Assembly (NCBI GenBank): GCA_023386235.1
Contig: JAEWKC010000016.1
Coordinates: forward strand, 26,069-90,068
Length of the DNA stretch: 64,000 nt
Origin: Bacteroidota bacterium
GTDB lineage: Bacteria; Bacteroidota; Bacteroidia; Chitinophagales; Chitinophagaceae
Direction of reading: 5' to 3'
Positions 27,853 through 37,296 of the stretch are shown in pieces (positions within the stretch are counted from its first letter, which is position 1; each line of letters begins with the position of its first letter). The notes beneath the pieces were generated by a model, which worked only from the letters and a program-made list of their open reading frames with translations, was not told the DNA's origin and made no database searches. A program made the position numbers and the translations under genes.

Positions 27853-27919
27853 GTGTAGATATTAACGCTTGTTTGTAGTGCTCTGACAATTTTTTTTAAT
27901 TTTTATAAAAATATTTTTG

Positions 27920-30520
27920 ATGAGAGTTCTATATTATATGCTCATTTTGCTATTCCCTTTCGCGGAATTGTATGCTCAGAATGCAGCCGTACCGGATACT
28001 ATACCCCGAAGCGACTCTGCCATTTACGAAATCAAAACCCAGATACAGGACAATTTACCCACCATTACCATAAATGATGATGAATTGTTCGACGAGGGCT
28101 CTAACTCTACGGTTTCATCCATATTGTCTGCAGGCAGAGATCCTTTTCTATCAGCCGTTTCTTATAATTTTAGTCCGGCGAGGTTTCGGCTAAGAAGCTA
28201 TGAAAATGGTGATGCCGTATACCTTAATGGCATAGACTTTACCGGCTTAGACAATGGCTTTACGCCATGGGGATTATGGTCGGGATTAACCAACGTAATG
28301 CGTTCGCGTGAAAACGTGTACGGCCTAAGTCCCGGAGATTTTGCCATTGGCGCCTTAGGTTTAAACACCAATATAGATATGCGCGCTGGTGCGCAATGGT
28401 CGCAAACGCAGATAGGATATGCCGTTTCCAACAGGAATTACCGGCATAGGATAATTTTTACGCATGGTTCGGGATTTAATAAAAAAGGCTGGGCGTATAG
28501 TATTATGCTTAGTCCCCGCTATGCCGATGCAGGATATGTGCCCGGTAGTTATTATAGAAGCCTTAGCTATTATGCCGCCATAGATAAAAAGATAGGTTCT
28601 AAAAACACGCTCTCTTTCATCACGTTTGGCGCTCCTACCGAAAACGGAAGACAGTCGCCAAGTGTGCAGGAAGCAATGGATTTGGCAGGCACCAATTATT
28701 ATAATCCTGCATGGGGCTATCAAAACGGTAAAGTAAGAAATGCTAATGTGGCCGAGACCTTTCAGCCATCCTTTATGGCTGTGCATGAATACAAGCCCAC
28801 CAACAAAAGCTCGTGGATGACCAGCGTGGCGTATGTTTTCGGAAAAAGAAAAACTTCTGCTCTGGACTGGTACAACGCGCCTGACCCCAGACCCGACTAC
28901 TACAGGTATCTGCCCAGCTATTACAAATACACCGAACCCGGCAAAGCAAATATGTTAGAAGACTACCTGCTTGCCAATCCTGATAAATTACAAATTGACT
29001 GGGAGCGATTGTATAATGTAAACAGGGGCAATCTTGTAACCGAAAATAATATTAACGGGGATGCAGGTAATTCTATCACAGGAAAACGCTCCTTGTATAT
29101 ACTCTCCAACAGGGTTATAGATATAGAAAGAATAATGGCCAATTCTGTTTTTAAAGCCGAACTTAGCAACAAAGTAACACTGAATGCCGGCGCTAATTTC
29201 CAAAACCAGGTAAATGAATATTACCAGGAAGTAAAAGATTTGCTCGGCGGCGATTTCTGGTTAAACGTAAACCAGTTTGCCCAAAGAGAATATCCGCTGG
29301 ACCCATCCAAATGGCAGCACGATGTAAACTCGCCCAATCGCATAGTGAAAAACAGGGAAAAATACGGCTACGATTATAAGATGACCATGACACAACTGGC
29401 TGCCTGGGCGCAGACAGTTATTAAATTTGCCCGTTTCGACTTTTTTGCCGGCGGGGAAATTTCTTCTGCTTCTTTTTTCAGAACCGGTATAAATAAGAAT
29501 GGCTTATTCCTTGAACAATCATCGGGCAATTCAGAAAAGCTCCATTTTCTGAATACAAAAATCAAAGCCGGTGTTACCTATAAACTTAACGGTAGAAACT
29601 ACTTCTACCTGAACGGAAGCTATGTTACCGCGCCGCCTTATTTTGACAATGTATACTACTCGCCACGCACCAGAAACACTATGCAAAATGATGTGAAGAG
29701 CGAGGTATTTCAATCACTGGAAGGGGGCTACAGGCTGGTAACGCCAAAAGTAAAAGCAGTACTTACCGGCTATTATACCCAAAGCAAAAACGGTTATGAT
29801 GTAAGAACTTTTTACTATGATGATGGACAGTATCAGGATTTTGTAAACTACGCATTAAGCGGCATAGATAAATTATATTTTGGTTCAGAGCTGGGTGTAG
29901 AAGCCAAGCTTACCCAAACACTTACGCTAAATGCCGCGGCTTCTGTAGGCCGCGCCTATTACGATAGCAGGCAAAAAGCTTCTATCACCATTGACAATAG
30001 CGGAGAGTTCATACCCAATCAAACCGTGTATATAAAAAATTTCAGAATACCTTCTACACCACAAAACGCGTACAGCTTAGGACTGTTTTATCGTTCACCT
30101 AAGTACTGGTACGTGAGCCTGACAGGAAACTATTTTGATAATATGTGGATAGATCCTGCACCTTCACGAAGAACTTCTTCCGCGTTTCAAAACCTTGACT
30201 CTACAAGCGCAGATGCACAGCAGTTTTACAAAGAATTGACCACACAGGAAAAGTATAAGAGCCAGTTTACTTTAGACTTCTTTGGAGGCTGGTCTAAAAG
30301 ATTGCCTAAATCATTTAACCTGCGAGGCAAGCCTTCGTATCTGGTAATAAATATGGGCATCAATAATATTTTGAACAATAAAAATATACGCTCAGGCGGA
30401 TTTGAACAGGCGAGATTTGACAATGATCCTACCTATAAACTCGATGCGAATAAATTCCCGTCAAAATATTATTATGCCTATGGCTTAAATTATTATGCCA
30501 GCATCATGTTTCGTTTTTAA
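27920..30520 (+). CDS. outer-membrane beta-barrel protein, TonB-dependent-receptor-like
   Basis: It has a signal peptide and a plug-like N-terminal region (AVYLNGIDF). The body is long and Tyr/Gly/Asn-rich with alternating beta-strand character, and the C-terminus is aromatic (..IMFRF). No carboxypeptidase-regulatory-like N-domain is recognisable. Confidence 0.65.
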   Translation: MRVLYYMLILLFPFAELYAQNAAVPDTIPRSDSAIYEIKTQIQDNLPTITINDDELFDEGSNSTVSSILSAGRDPFLSAVSYNFSPARFRLRSYENGDAVYLNGIDFTGLDNGFTPWGLWSGLTNVMRSRENVYGLSPGDFAIGALGLNTNIDMRAGAQWSQTQIGYAVSNRNYRHRIIFTHGSGFNKKGWAYSIMLSPRYADAGYVPGSYYRSLSYYAAIDKKIGSKNTLSFITFGAPTENGRQSPSVQEAMDLAGTNYYNPAWGYQNGKVRNANVAETFQPSFMAVHEYKPTNKSSWMTSVAYVFGKRKTSALDWYNAPDPRPDYYRYLPSYYKYTEPGKANMLEDYLLANPDKLQIDWERLYNVNRGNLVTENNINGDAGNSITGKRSLYILSNRVIDIERIMANSVFKAELSNKVTLNAGANFQNQVNEYYQEVKDLLGGDFWLNVNQFAQREYPLDPSKWQHDVNSPNRIVKNREKYGYDYKMTMTQLAAWAQTVIKFARFDFFAGGEISSASFFRTGINKNGLFLEQSSGNSEKLHFLNTKIKAGVTYKLNGRNYFYLNGSYVTAPPYFDNVYYSPRTRNTMQNDVKSEVFQSLEGGYRLVTPKVKAVLTGYYTQSKNGYDVRTFYYDDGQYQDFVNYALSGIDKLYFGSELGVEAKLTQTLTLNAAASVGRAYYDSRQKASITIDNSGEFIPNQTVYIKNFRIPSTPQNAYSLGLFYRSPKYWYVSLTGNYFDNMWIDPAPSRRTSSAFQNLDSTSADAQQFYKELTTQEKYKSQFTLDFFGGWSKRLPKSFNLRGKPSYLVINMGINNILNNKNIRSGGFEQARFDNDPTYKLDANKFPSKYYYAYGLNYYASIMFRF

Positions 30521-30555
30521 ACAGTTTTATTCTTAATTCAATAATAATAACTATA

Positions 30556-32658
30556 ATGAAAAACTTAGTCAATTTAAAATATTTTACTTACATGGCAGGA
30601 ACCCTGCTTTTATTGATTTTGTCTTGTAATAAAAAGTTTGACGAGCCACCTCTTAATGCAGACCCCGAAATTCCCGTAACCATGACCATTCAGGAACTGA
30701 AAGCAAGATATCAGGGAACCGGTATTTTTGAAACCATCCATGACGAGCAGGTGATCAGCGGCGTGGTGGTTGCCGATGATCGCTCCGGCAACTTCTTTAA
30801 ACAAATAGTTATACAGGATGAAACAGGCGGACTGCCTATTCAAATAGACATGAACAGTATTTATTCATCTTATCCTATTGGCAGAAGAATATTTGTAAAG
30901 CTAAAAGGGTTAATGATGGGCGATTACGGCGGCACCATACAGTTGGGATTGGATTCTGTAAGATCCTCGGACGGCAGGTTTCTCAATCTCGGACGTATAC
31001 CTCAAACATTACTGCCCAATTATATTACAGGTGGCTCCTATGGAAACGTTGTAACGCCTAAAATCATAAAGCCTTCACAGTTTTCAGGCAACATCAATGA
31101 TGCCTTATTAAGTACGCTTGTACAAATTAATAATGTGGAATTCAGAGACGCCGATTTAATTAAAACATACGCCAACGCAGAAAGTCCTACACAGGAATCT
31201 GCCCGCAATTTTACCATCAAACCCTGTGATGATACAAAAAGTATCGTGCTTAGAAATAGCAGCTATGCAACCTTTGCCGGCCTGTCGGTGCCACAAGGAA
31301 ATGGTCCGATGGCAGGGATTCTAAGTGTTTTTAATAATACATTGCAAATAGCTATCAGAGATACTTTTGATATACAATTTAAAGGAGAACGATGCAGCGG
31401 TCAAACGCCTGTAAATACGACTAAAACCATCGCCGAAGTTTTAGCTTATGCTGCGGGTGATTCTACTATTCCGGCCGGAACATGGATAGAAGGCGTAATA
31501 GTTTCCGACACTAAAAACGAAGCTGCAAGAAATTACAGGTTGCAAGACGCCACTGCAGGATTACAATTAAGATTTACTACAAATGGAAATCCAGGCGCGG
31601 CGTTAGGCGATAAATATGCTGTTTATGTAGGAGGATTGAAGCTAAGCTTGTTTAACGGAAGTTTGCAAATAGACGGAGTGGAAACCTCTAACAAAACGGG
31701 AACAGGCACCATAACACCCAAAACCGCTACCATTGCCGATATCATAGCGGCCGGCAGAATTTGGGAGTCTCAGGTAGTAACCATAAAAAATGTTACTATC
31801 TCGGGCAGCGGTAGCAATTACACTATCAAAGATGCTACCGGCGAGTTGGTTACATTCATTAGAACTTCTTCCGGTATTACCATGCCCACCACGGCTACAG
31901 GCATTACGGGGTATGTTTCTGTTTATCAAAGCGCGAATGCCACCAGTCCTATAGTACAATTAGTACTACGTACACAAGATGATATTGCAGGAGGTACTAA
32001 TAATCCTCCCGACAATCCGCCTGCGACCGGCGCTATAGACTTAGGTATAACCTCGCCATTACTTCTGAATTTTGACAATGTGGGCAGCGGTTTGCCCGCC
32101 GGTGTTAAAATCTATACCGGAGCTAAAGCAGACGCCATAGGAACAGAAGCTACATTTACAACTAACGCTACACTTTGGAACCAGGTGTCCGGAGCATTTA
32201 AGAATTTTGCTTCCGCTACAGGACTCAGTGCTACAAGCGACGCTGCCGCACAAAACGGCTCTACAAATCGTGCGCTGGGACTCAGACAAACCGGATCTTT
32301 TGGAGATGGCAGCGCGGCTTTCGTTTTCATCATCAGCAATACCCAGGGAAAGAGTAATCTTAAAATAGATTTTTTGCTGCAACAACTTGACGCTTCAGGT
32401 ACGGGAAGAACAGCCAGCTGGACTGTTGATTACGCCACAGGAGATAATCCTGCCAACTTTACAACAATCGCTACCACACCCTCTTCATTATCTACCACGT
32501 TGGGTACTTTTGCCAGCACACCGGTTTCCGTAACTCTTCCGGCAGCATTGAATAACCTTGATAGTAAGGTTTGGATTAGAATTGCCAATCTATCAGCAAC
32601 CACAGGTGGTGGCAGCAGACCAAGTACCGCTATTGACGATTTTAAAATTTCCTGGTAA
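30556..32658 (+). CDS. surface-exposed-type lipoprotein with repeated OB-like modules (DUF5689-like) and a C-terminal beta-rich domain
   Basis: Lipobox LLILSC (Cys-24). An internal A-B-A'-B' repeat pattern spans residues about 43-480. The C-terminal domain ends IDDFKISW. The start lies 35 nt after the barrel gene. Confidence 0.6.
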   Translation: MKNLVNLKYFTYMAGTLLLLILSCNKKFDEPPLNADPEIPVTMTIQELKARYQGTGIFETIHDEQVISGVVVADDRSGNFFKQIVIQDETGGLPIQIDMNSIYSSYPIGRRIFVKLKGLMMGDYGGTIQLGLDSVRSSDGRFLNLGRIPQTLLPNYITGGSYGNVVTPKIIKPSQFSGNINDALLSTLVQINNVEFRDADLIKTYANAESPTQESARNFTIKPCDDTKSIVLRNSSYATFAGLSVPQGNGPMAGILSVFNNTLQIAIRDTFDIQFKGERCSGQTPVNTTKTIAEVLAYAAGDSTIPAGTWIEGVIVSDTKNEAARNYRLQDATAGLQLRFTTNGNPGAALGDKYAVYVGGLKLSLFNGSLQIDGVETSNKTGTGTITPKTATIADIIAAGRIWESQVVTIKNVTISGSGSNYTIKDATGELVTFIRTSSGITMPTTATGITGYVSVYQSANATSPIVQLVLRTQDDIAGGTNNPPDNPPATGAIDLGITSPLLLNFDNVGSGLPAGVKIYTGAKADAIGTEATFTTNATLWNQVSGAFKNFASATGLSATSDAAAQNGSTNRALGLRQTGSFGDGSAAFVFIISNTQGKSNLKIDFLLQQLDASGTGRTASWTVDYATGDNPANFTTIATTPSSLSTTLGTFASTPVSVTLPAALNNLDSKVWIRIANLSATTGGGSRPSTAIDDFKISW

Positions 32659-32687
32659 GCAGTTTGTTTACATAACCATTTTTATTG

Positions 32688-32718
32688 CTCCCGCACATGT
32701 ATGTTCGGGAGTTTTTTT
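32688..32718 (+). terminator. rho-independent terminator after the lipoprotein gene
   Basis: ctcccg-c-acat / atgt-t-cgggag stem (32688-32711), followed by T7. Confidence 0.8.
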
Positions 32719-32744
32719 ATCTTTCAGAATAATTATCTGTTACC

Positions 32745-33815
32745 ATGAAACAACTACTTTTATTTTTAGCCGTTTTTATTTCCTTACAAAATATTGCGCA
32801 GCAACGACCACAGCTTACCGACTCTATAGCCTATCAACTTTCTTTGTTACCGCTGCATTGCATCAATGAAGAATACCCCAATAAGACAGCGCATATCATT
32901 AACAACGAAAACGAAGCAACGCTAACGCCCAAACAACTACATCCAAGCTTCTATGGCTGTTTTGACTGGCACAGTTCGGTACACGGTCACTGGATGCTGG
33001 TGCGTTTGCTAAAAACCCGGCCACACATGACCAATAGCTCAACAATCGACAGTGTTTTAAATCTTTCGTTCGACAAAGAAAAGCTACAGGAAGAAGCCGA
33101 TTATTTTGCCAGATATGCGCTTACCAACACATTTGAAAGAACTTACGGATGGGCATGGCTATTAAAGCTAGATGAAGAACTTGCTACATGGCACGATCCT
33201 CGCGCACAACAGTGGCATAAAAACTTACAGCCACTTACAGATACTATTGTAAACAAATGGAAAGCCTACCTGCCTAAGCAAACCTATCCTAACCGAACGG
33301 GTGTACACCCCAACAGCGCCTTTGCCATGGCTTTTGCCATTGACTGGGCCAGAGCTACCGGCGATACTGCTTTTGAAAAACAACTGACCGAGAAAGCAAA
33401 ATATTTTTATCTGAATGATAAAAACACTCCTGCTTATCTGGAACCAGACGGTTCAGATTTTTTTTCGCCCACTTTAGAAATTGCCGAACTAATGAGCAGG
33501 GTTTTACCTCAGGAAAACTTTGCCGTCTGGCTTAATAATTTCTATGAAAAAAAAAGTATTGACAACATTTTTAAAATACCCATAGTAAGCGACCTGAGCG
33601 ATTATCAGACAGTGCACTTGGTAGGTTTATCGTTTTCCAAAGCATGGTGTATGAAAGAAGTAGCCAAAAAATTACCGCGGCAACATCCTTTAAAAGAGAA
33701 GTTCAACAGCCGCGCCGAAGCATTTTTGAGCAATGCGCTTCCGCTGATTTTTGCAGGCAACTATGGCGGAGATCATTGGCTGGCAAGTTTTGCGGTGTAC
33801 GCTTTAGACAACTAA
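32745..33815 (+). CDS. DUF2891-like secreted protein
   Basis: Signal peptide, then FYGCFDWHSSVHGHW and an alpha-helical repeat character. The family assignment is from memory of that motif only. Confidence 0.5.
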   Translation: MKQLLLFLAVFISLQNIAQQRPQLTDSIAYQLSLLPLHCINEEYPNKTAHIINNENEATLTPKQLHPSFYGCFDWHSSVHGHWMLVRLLKTRPHMTNSSTIDSVLNLSFDKEKLQEEADYFARYALTNTFERTYGWAWLLKLDEELATWHDPRAQQWHKNLQPLTDTIVNKWKAYLPKQTYPNRTGVHPNSAFAMAFAIDWARATGDTAFEKQLTEKAKYFYLNDKNTPAYLEPDGSDFFSPTLEIAELMSRVLPQENFAVWLNNFYEKKSIDNIFKIPIVSDLSDYQTVHLVGLSFSKAWCMKEVAKKLPRQHPLKEKFNSRAEAFLSNALPLIFAGNYGGDHWLASFAVYALDN

Positions 33816-33862
33816 GACAGCGCGTTACCCGGACTTTGTAAATCTTTGAAAAATTAGCAAAC

Positions 33863-33895
33863 AAAAAAATCCGCTCTTGCATAAGAACGGATTTT
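33863..33895. terminator. bidirectional terminator between DUF2891-like gene and secY
   Basis: 12-bp stem with one mismatch (33867-33878 / 33883-33894), loop gcat, with an A run upstream and a T run downstream. Confidence 0.7.
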
Positions 33896-33926
33896 GGTAT
33901 GTTAAGTTTAAGTTGAGGTATTGTAT

Positions 33927-35261
33927 TTATATTCCTGATCTGCCATGTATTCTTTGTCCTTTGCCCATTAATCCATCGTAAGAGCGCATAAGCAAATGCG
34001 TTTCTATTTGTTGCAAAGTATCTAAAATTACCGCTACCTGAATCAATAGGGATGTACCGCCAAAGAAATAACTGAAGCCTTGCGTAACGCCCAGTAACTG
34101 CGCAAAACCCGGAAGAATACCTACTATGGCCAGGAATATAGCTCCCGGCAAAGTTATTCTGTCCATTATGGTACCTATATAATCTGCTGTGGGTTTGCCG
34201 GGTTGTACACCGGGAATAAAGCCATTATTTCTTTTCAGATCCTCTGCCATCTGCTTAGGATTAAAAATTAACGCGGTATATAAAAATGTGAACGCGATAA
34301 CCATTACGGAGTAAATAATCATGTACCAGGCATTGGTATGATCGCTAAACATTTGCACGATGGTGCCCGCAGACTCTATTTTTGTAAAAGATACCAATGT
34401 AGGCAGGAACATGATAGCCTGTGCAAAGATGATAGGCATTACACCTGCAGCGTTCACTTTCAATGGAAGAAATTGTCTTGCGCCGCCGACCGTTCTGTTT
34501 CCGACCACCTGTTTGGCATAGTTTACCTGCACCTTTCTCACACCCTGCACCAATACTATAATGGCCATTACAATAAGCACGTAAGCAGCTATTTCAATAA
34601 GGAAGATCAATAATCCGCCACCGCCTCTGGTGCTCTTAGATTCAAATTCCTGAATAATGGATTGGGGTAAACGTGCAAGAATACCAATCATGATGATAAT
34701 GGAAACTCCATTGCCCAAACCTTTGTCCTGAATTTTTTCGCCCAGCCACATTACAAACAATGTACCTGCGGTAAGACAGATGATGGTGGAAATAAAGAAG
34801 TAAGGCTGATAAGCAGGAATTAAAGCAGACGCATAAGCGGGACTGTTAAGATAAGATACATAAGCGCTTCCCTGAAGCAGTGTAACAATTACGGTAAGAT
34901 ATCTTGTCCATTGATTGATCTTTTTCTGTCCGCTCGCGCCCTCTTTTTGTATTTTTTGCAATTGCGGTACCAATACCGTCATCAACTGCATAAAGATAGA
35001 AGCAGAGATGTAAGGCATTACGCCCAAGGCTAGAAATGAAGCCTGAGAAAACGCACCTCCTGCAAAGGTATCAAACAAGCCGAGCAGGCCACTGTTGGTG
35101 GCATTCTGGGCAGATTGCTGCAATAATACAGGGTCTAAGCCCGGTAATACTATGTGTGTGCCGAATCTGTATACAAAAATTAATAATAGAGTAACTAAAA
35201 TCTTATTACGTAGGTCTTCAATTTCCCAGATGTGCTTTAGGGTTTGAATAAATTTTTTCAT
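33927..35261 (-). CDS. secY: preprotein translocase subunit SecY
   Basis: Ten-TM SecY pattern. The N-terminus MKKFIQTLKHIWEIEDLRNKI is typical, so I set the start at ATG 35261 rather than 35279. Confidence 0.95.
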   Translation of the reverse strand: MKKFIQTLKHIWEIEDLRNKILVTLLLIFVYRFGTHIVLPGLDPVLLQQSAQNATNSGLLGLFDTFAGGAFSQASFLALGVMPYISASIFMQLMTVLVPQLQKIQKEGASGQKKINQWTRYLTVIVTLLQGSAYVSYLNSPAYASALIPAYQPYFFISTIICLTAGTLFVMWLGEKIQDKGLGNGVSIIIMIGILARLPQSIIQEFESKSTRGGGGLLIFLIEIAAYVLIVMAIIVLVQGVRKVQVNYAKQVVGNRTVGGARQFLPLKVNAAGVMPIIFAQAIMFLPTLVSFTKIESAGTIVQMFSDHTNAWYMIIYSVMVIAFTFLYTALIFNPKQMAEDLKRNNGFIPGVQPGKPTADYIGTIMDRITLPGAIFLAIVGILPGFAQLLGVTQGFSYFFGGTSLLIQVAVILDTLQQIETHLLMRSYDGLMGKGQRIHGRSGI

Positions 35262-35496
35262 CTGTATATTATATTTCAATTTGCCTGCTGTAGCCGGCTA
35301 TTTTTAATTGTCAGTACTTTTATCTGATAGAAGAGACGAACTGTTATCTTTTCCGTAGACTTTTGTTTGTGTACCTTTTGTTATTAACCGATGAAATTTA
35401 TCGAAAAGGCTCGTTAAGTTTCAATCCGTAAAAATACTCATTTTAATATATTTTCCTAAAATATTATGTAAGAAAATATGCACTATTGTTTAAATG

Positions 35497-35526
35497 CTAA
35501 AAAGACGTATCGGCTGACACGTCTGA
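35497..35526 (-). terminator. terminator-like hairpin immediately after rplO
   Basis: Read on the minus strand: AGACGT, a 10-nt loop, ACGTCT, then TTTTT. It starts about 15 nt after the rplO stop. Confidence 0.4.
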
Positions 35527-35539
35527 ATTTGCTTTTTTC

Positions 35540-35989
35540 TTATTTAAGGATTTCTATTGTGCCGCCCAAATCTTCAATGGCGCTCTTTGCTTTATCGCTT
35601 ATTGCATGTACTTTAAAAGTAAGCTTTGTGGCCAATTCTCCGTTACCTAAGATTTTAACTTTATCTGTTTTTTTAACCAGTGCGTAGCTTCTGAGATTAT
35701 CAACAGTAAATTCGGTAAATCCGTATTTAGCAATTAATAATTCTATCTGAGCAAGGTTAAATACTTTATAGTCTATGCGGTTATTGTTTTTAAATCCGCG
35801 TTTGGGAACACGTCTTTGAATAGGCATCTGACCGCCTTCGTGTGCCATTTTATTTTTAAAACCGGCACGGCTTTGCTGACCTTTATTACCTTTTGTAGAT
35901 GTGCCGCCTTTGCCTGATGCTTCACCACGTCCAAGACGTTTTTGTTTGTGTACAGAACCTTCTGCAGGTTTTAGATTGTGTAGTTTCAT
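35540..35989 (-). CDS. rplO: 50S ribosomal protein L15 (uL15)
   Basis: MKLHNLKPAEGS.. followed by a GRG-rich N-terminal region; position in the spc cluster. Confidence 0.95.
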   Translation of the reverse strand: MKLHNLKPAEGSVHKQKRLGRGEASGKGGTSTKGNKGQQSRAGFKNKMAHEGGQMPIQRRVPKRGFKNNNRIDYKVFNLAQIELLIAKYGFTEFTVDNLRSYALVKKTDKVKILGNGELATKLTFKVHAISDKAKSAIEDLGGTIEILK

Positions 35990-36069
35990 TTCTTATTTGA
36001 TTTTTTACTCAGCGGGAAAATCTCCCTCGCAAGTGTTCTTTTCAGAACACTGTATTAAAAATAGATTAT

Positions 36070-36255
36070 TTATTCCTTTACTTCTTCTACAGTTACCAGG
36101 TGAGATACTTTTTCCACCATACCCAATACCTGTGGAGTTCCTTCTACCTCTTTAGAAGCATTCAGTTTTCTCAAGCCCAAAGCCAGCAATGTATCCTTTT
36201 GTTTTTTAGGTCTGTCAATACTGCTTTTTACCTGAGTAATTTTAATTTTTGCCAT
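36070..36255 (-). CDS. rpmD: 50S ribosomal protein L30 (uL30)
   Basis: [13 protein letters not shown].. 61 aa, lying between rpsE and rplO. Confidence 0.9.
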   Translation of the reverse strand: MAKIKITQVKSSIDRPKKQKDTLLALGLRKLNASKEVEGTPQVLGMVEKVSHLVTVEEVKE

Positions 36256-36330
36256 AATGATATATGTTTGTGGTGTAGGGTGTAGCTCGTTTGGCTTATG
36301 CTCTATGCTCTTGTGCCGCTACATCCTAAT

Positions 36331-36852
36331 TTATCCATTAAATACTTTACTTAGTTTGATATTGCGTTGTTTTGCTACAGCGATTGGTTCTCTTAGCATT
36401 GTTAAAGCATTTACGGTAGCTTTAACCACATTGTGCGGATTAGCAGAACCAAGGCTTTTAGCCAAAACATCTGTAAGTCCGGCGCTTTCCAATACGGCAC
36501 GCATGCTGCCTCCGGCAATTACGCCTGTACCTTCAGCGGCTGGTTTTATCAACACTTTTGCAGCTCCGGATTTAGCTGCCTGCGCATGCGGAATAGTTCC
36601 GCGGCGAATAGGTACTTTTACCAGGTTCTTTTTAGCATCTTCAATACCTTTTGTAATAGCTTCCTGTACTTCTTTAGCTTTACCCAGACCCTGACCAACT
36701 ACACCGTTTTCGTTTCCAACAACTACTAACGCTGAAAAGCTGAAAGTACGTCCGCCTTTAGTAGTTTTTACTACGCGGTTGATAGCTACTACCTTCTCTT
36801 TCATTTCCACGTCCGCGATAGGCTTTACTTTATTTTCGGTTACTTTAGACAT
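36331..36852 (-). CDS. rpsE: 30S ribosomal protein S5 (uS5)
   Basis: [12 protein letters not shown] and the [10 protein letters not shown] motifs. Confidence 0.95.
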   Translation of the reverse strand: MSKVTENKVKPIADVEMKEKVVAINRVVKTTKGGRTFSFSALVVVGNENGVVGQGLGKAKEVQEAITKGIEDAKKNLVKVPIRRGTIPHAQAAKSGAAKVLIKPAAEGTGVIAGGSMRAVLESAGLTDVLAKSLGSANPHNVVKATVNALTMLREPIAVAKQRNIKLSKVFNG

Positions 36853-36890
36853 TTAAATCTTTTTTCTTTTAAAATAAATATTTTGTACAA

Positions 36891-37241
36891 TTAAATTTTC
36901 AATCCACCTTCTCTGGCACCTTCGGCTACGGCTTTTACACGTCCGTGATACAGGTTGCCGCCACGATCAAATATAGCTTCGGTAATACCCAAGTCTACTG
37001 CTTTTTTAGCTAATGCTTCTCCGGCAAGTTTTGATTTTTCTATCTTAGTTCCTTTGGCCGCTGCTATATCTTTATCTTTAGTAGAAGCAGAAGAAATTGT
37101 AACGCCATCTTCATCGTTGATTAGCTGAAGATATATGTCGCTATTGCTACGAAACACTGATAAGCGTGGCTTTTGAGCTGTTCCGGAAACTTTTTTACGG
37201 ATTCTGTAGCGAATTTTTTGTTTTTTTAATTTTAAATCCAT
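36891..37241 (-). CDS. rplR: 50S ribosomal protein L18 (uL18)
   Basis: PRLSVFRSN and the FDRGGNLYHGRVKA motifs. Confidence 0.95.
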   Translation of the reverse strand: MDLKLKKQKIRYRIRKKVSGTAQKPRLSVFRSNSDIYLQLINDEDGVTISSASTKDKDIAAAKGTKIEKSKLAGEALAKKAVDLGITEAIFDRGGNLYHGRVKAVAEGAREGGLKI

Positions 37242-37296
37242 CTTTTTATATTTTATACTTCCGATGCTGCCGGAAGATGCAGATTAATTAAATATT

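Noticed and set aside
32558-32869. 103-aa ORF spanning the lipoprotein 3' end, its terminator and the DUF2891-like 5' end
   Set aside because: It crosses a strong terminator and overlaps two better-supported genes in other frames.
36257-36694. 145-aa plus-strand ORF antisense to rpsE
   Set aside because: It is an antisense shadow of a conserved r-protein gene. The same applies to the other short antisense ORFs throughout the r-protein cluster.
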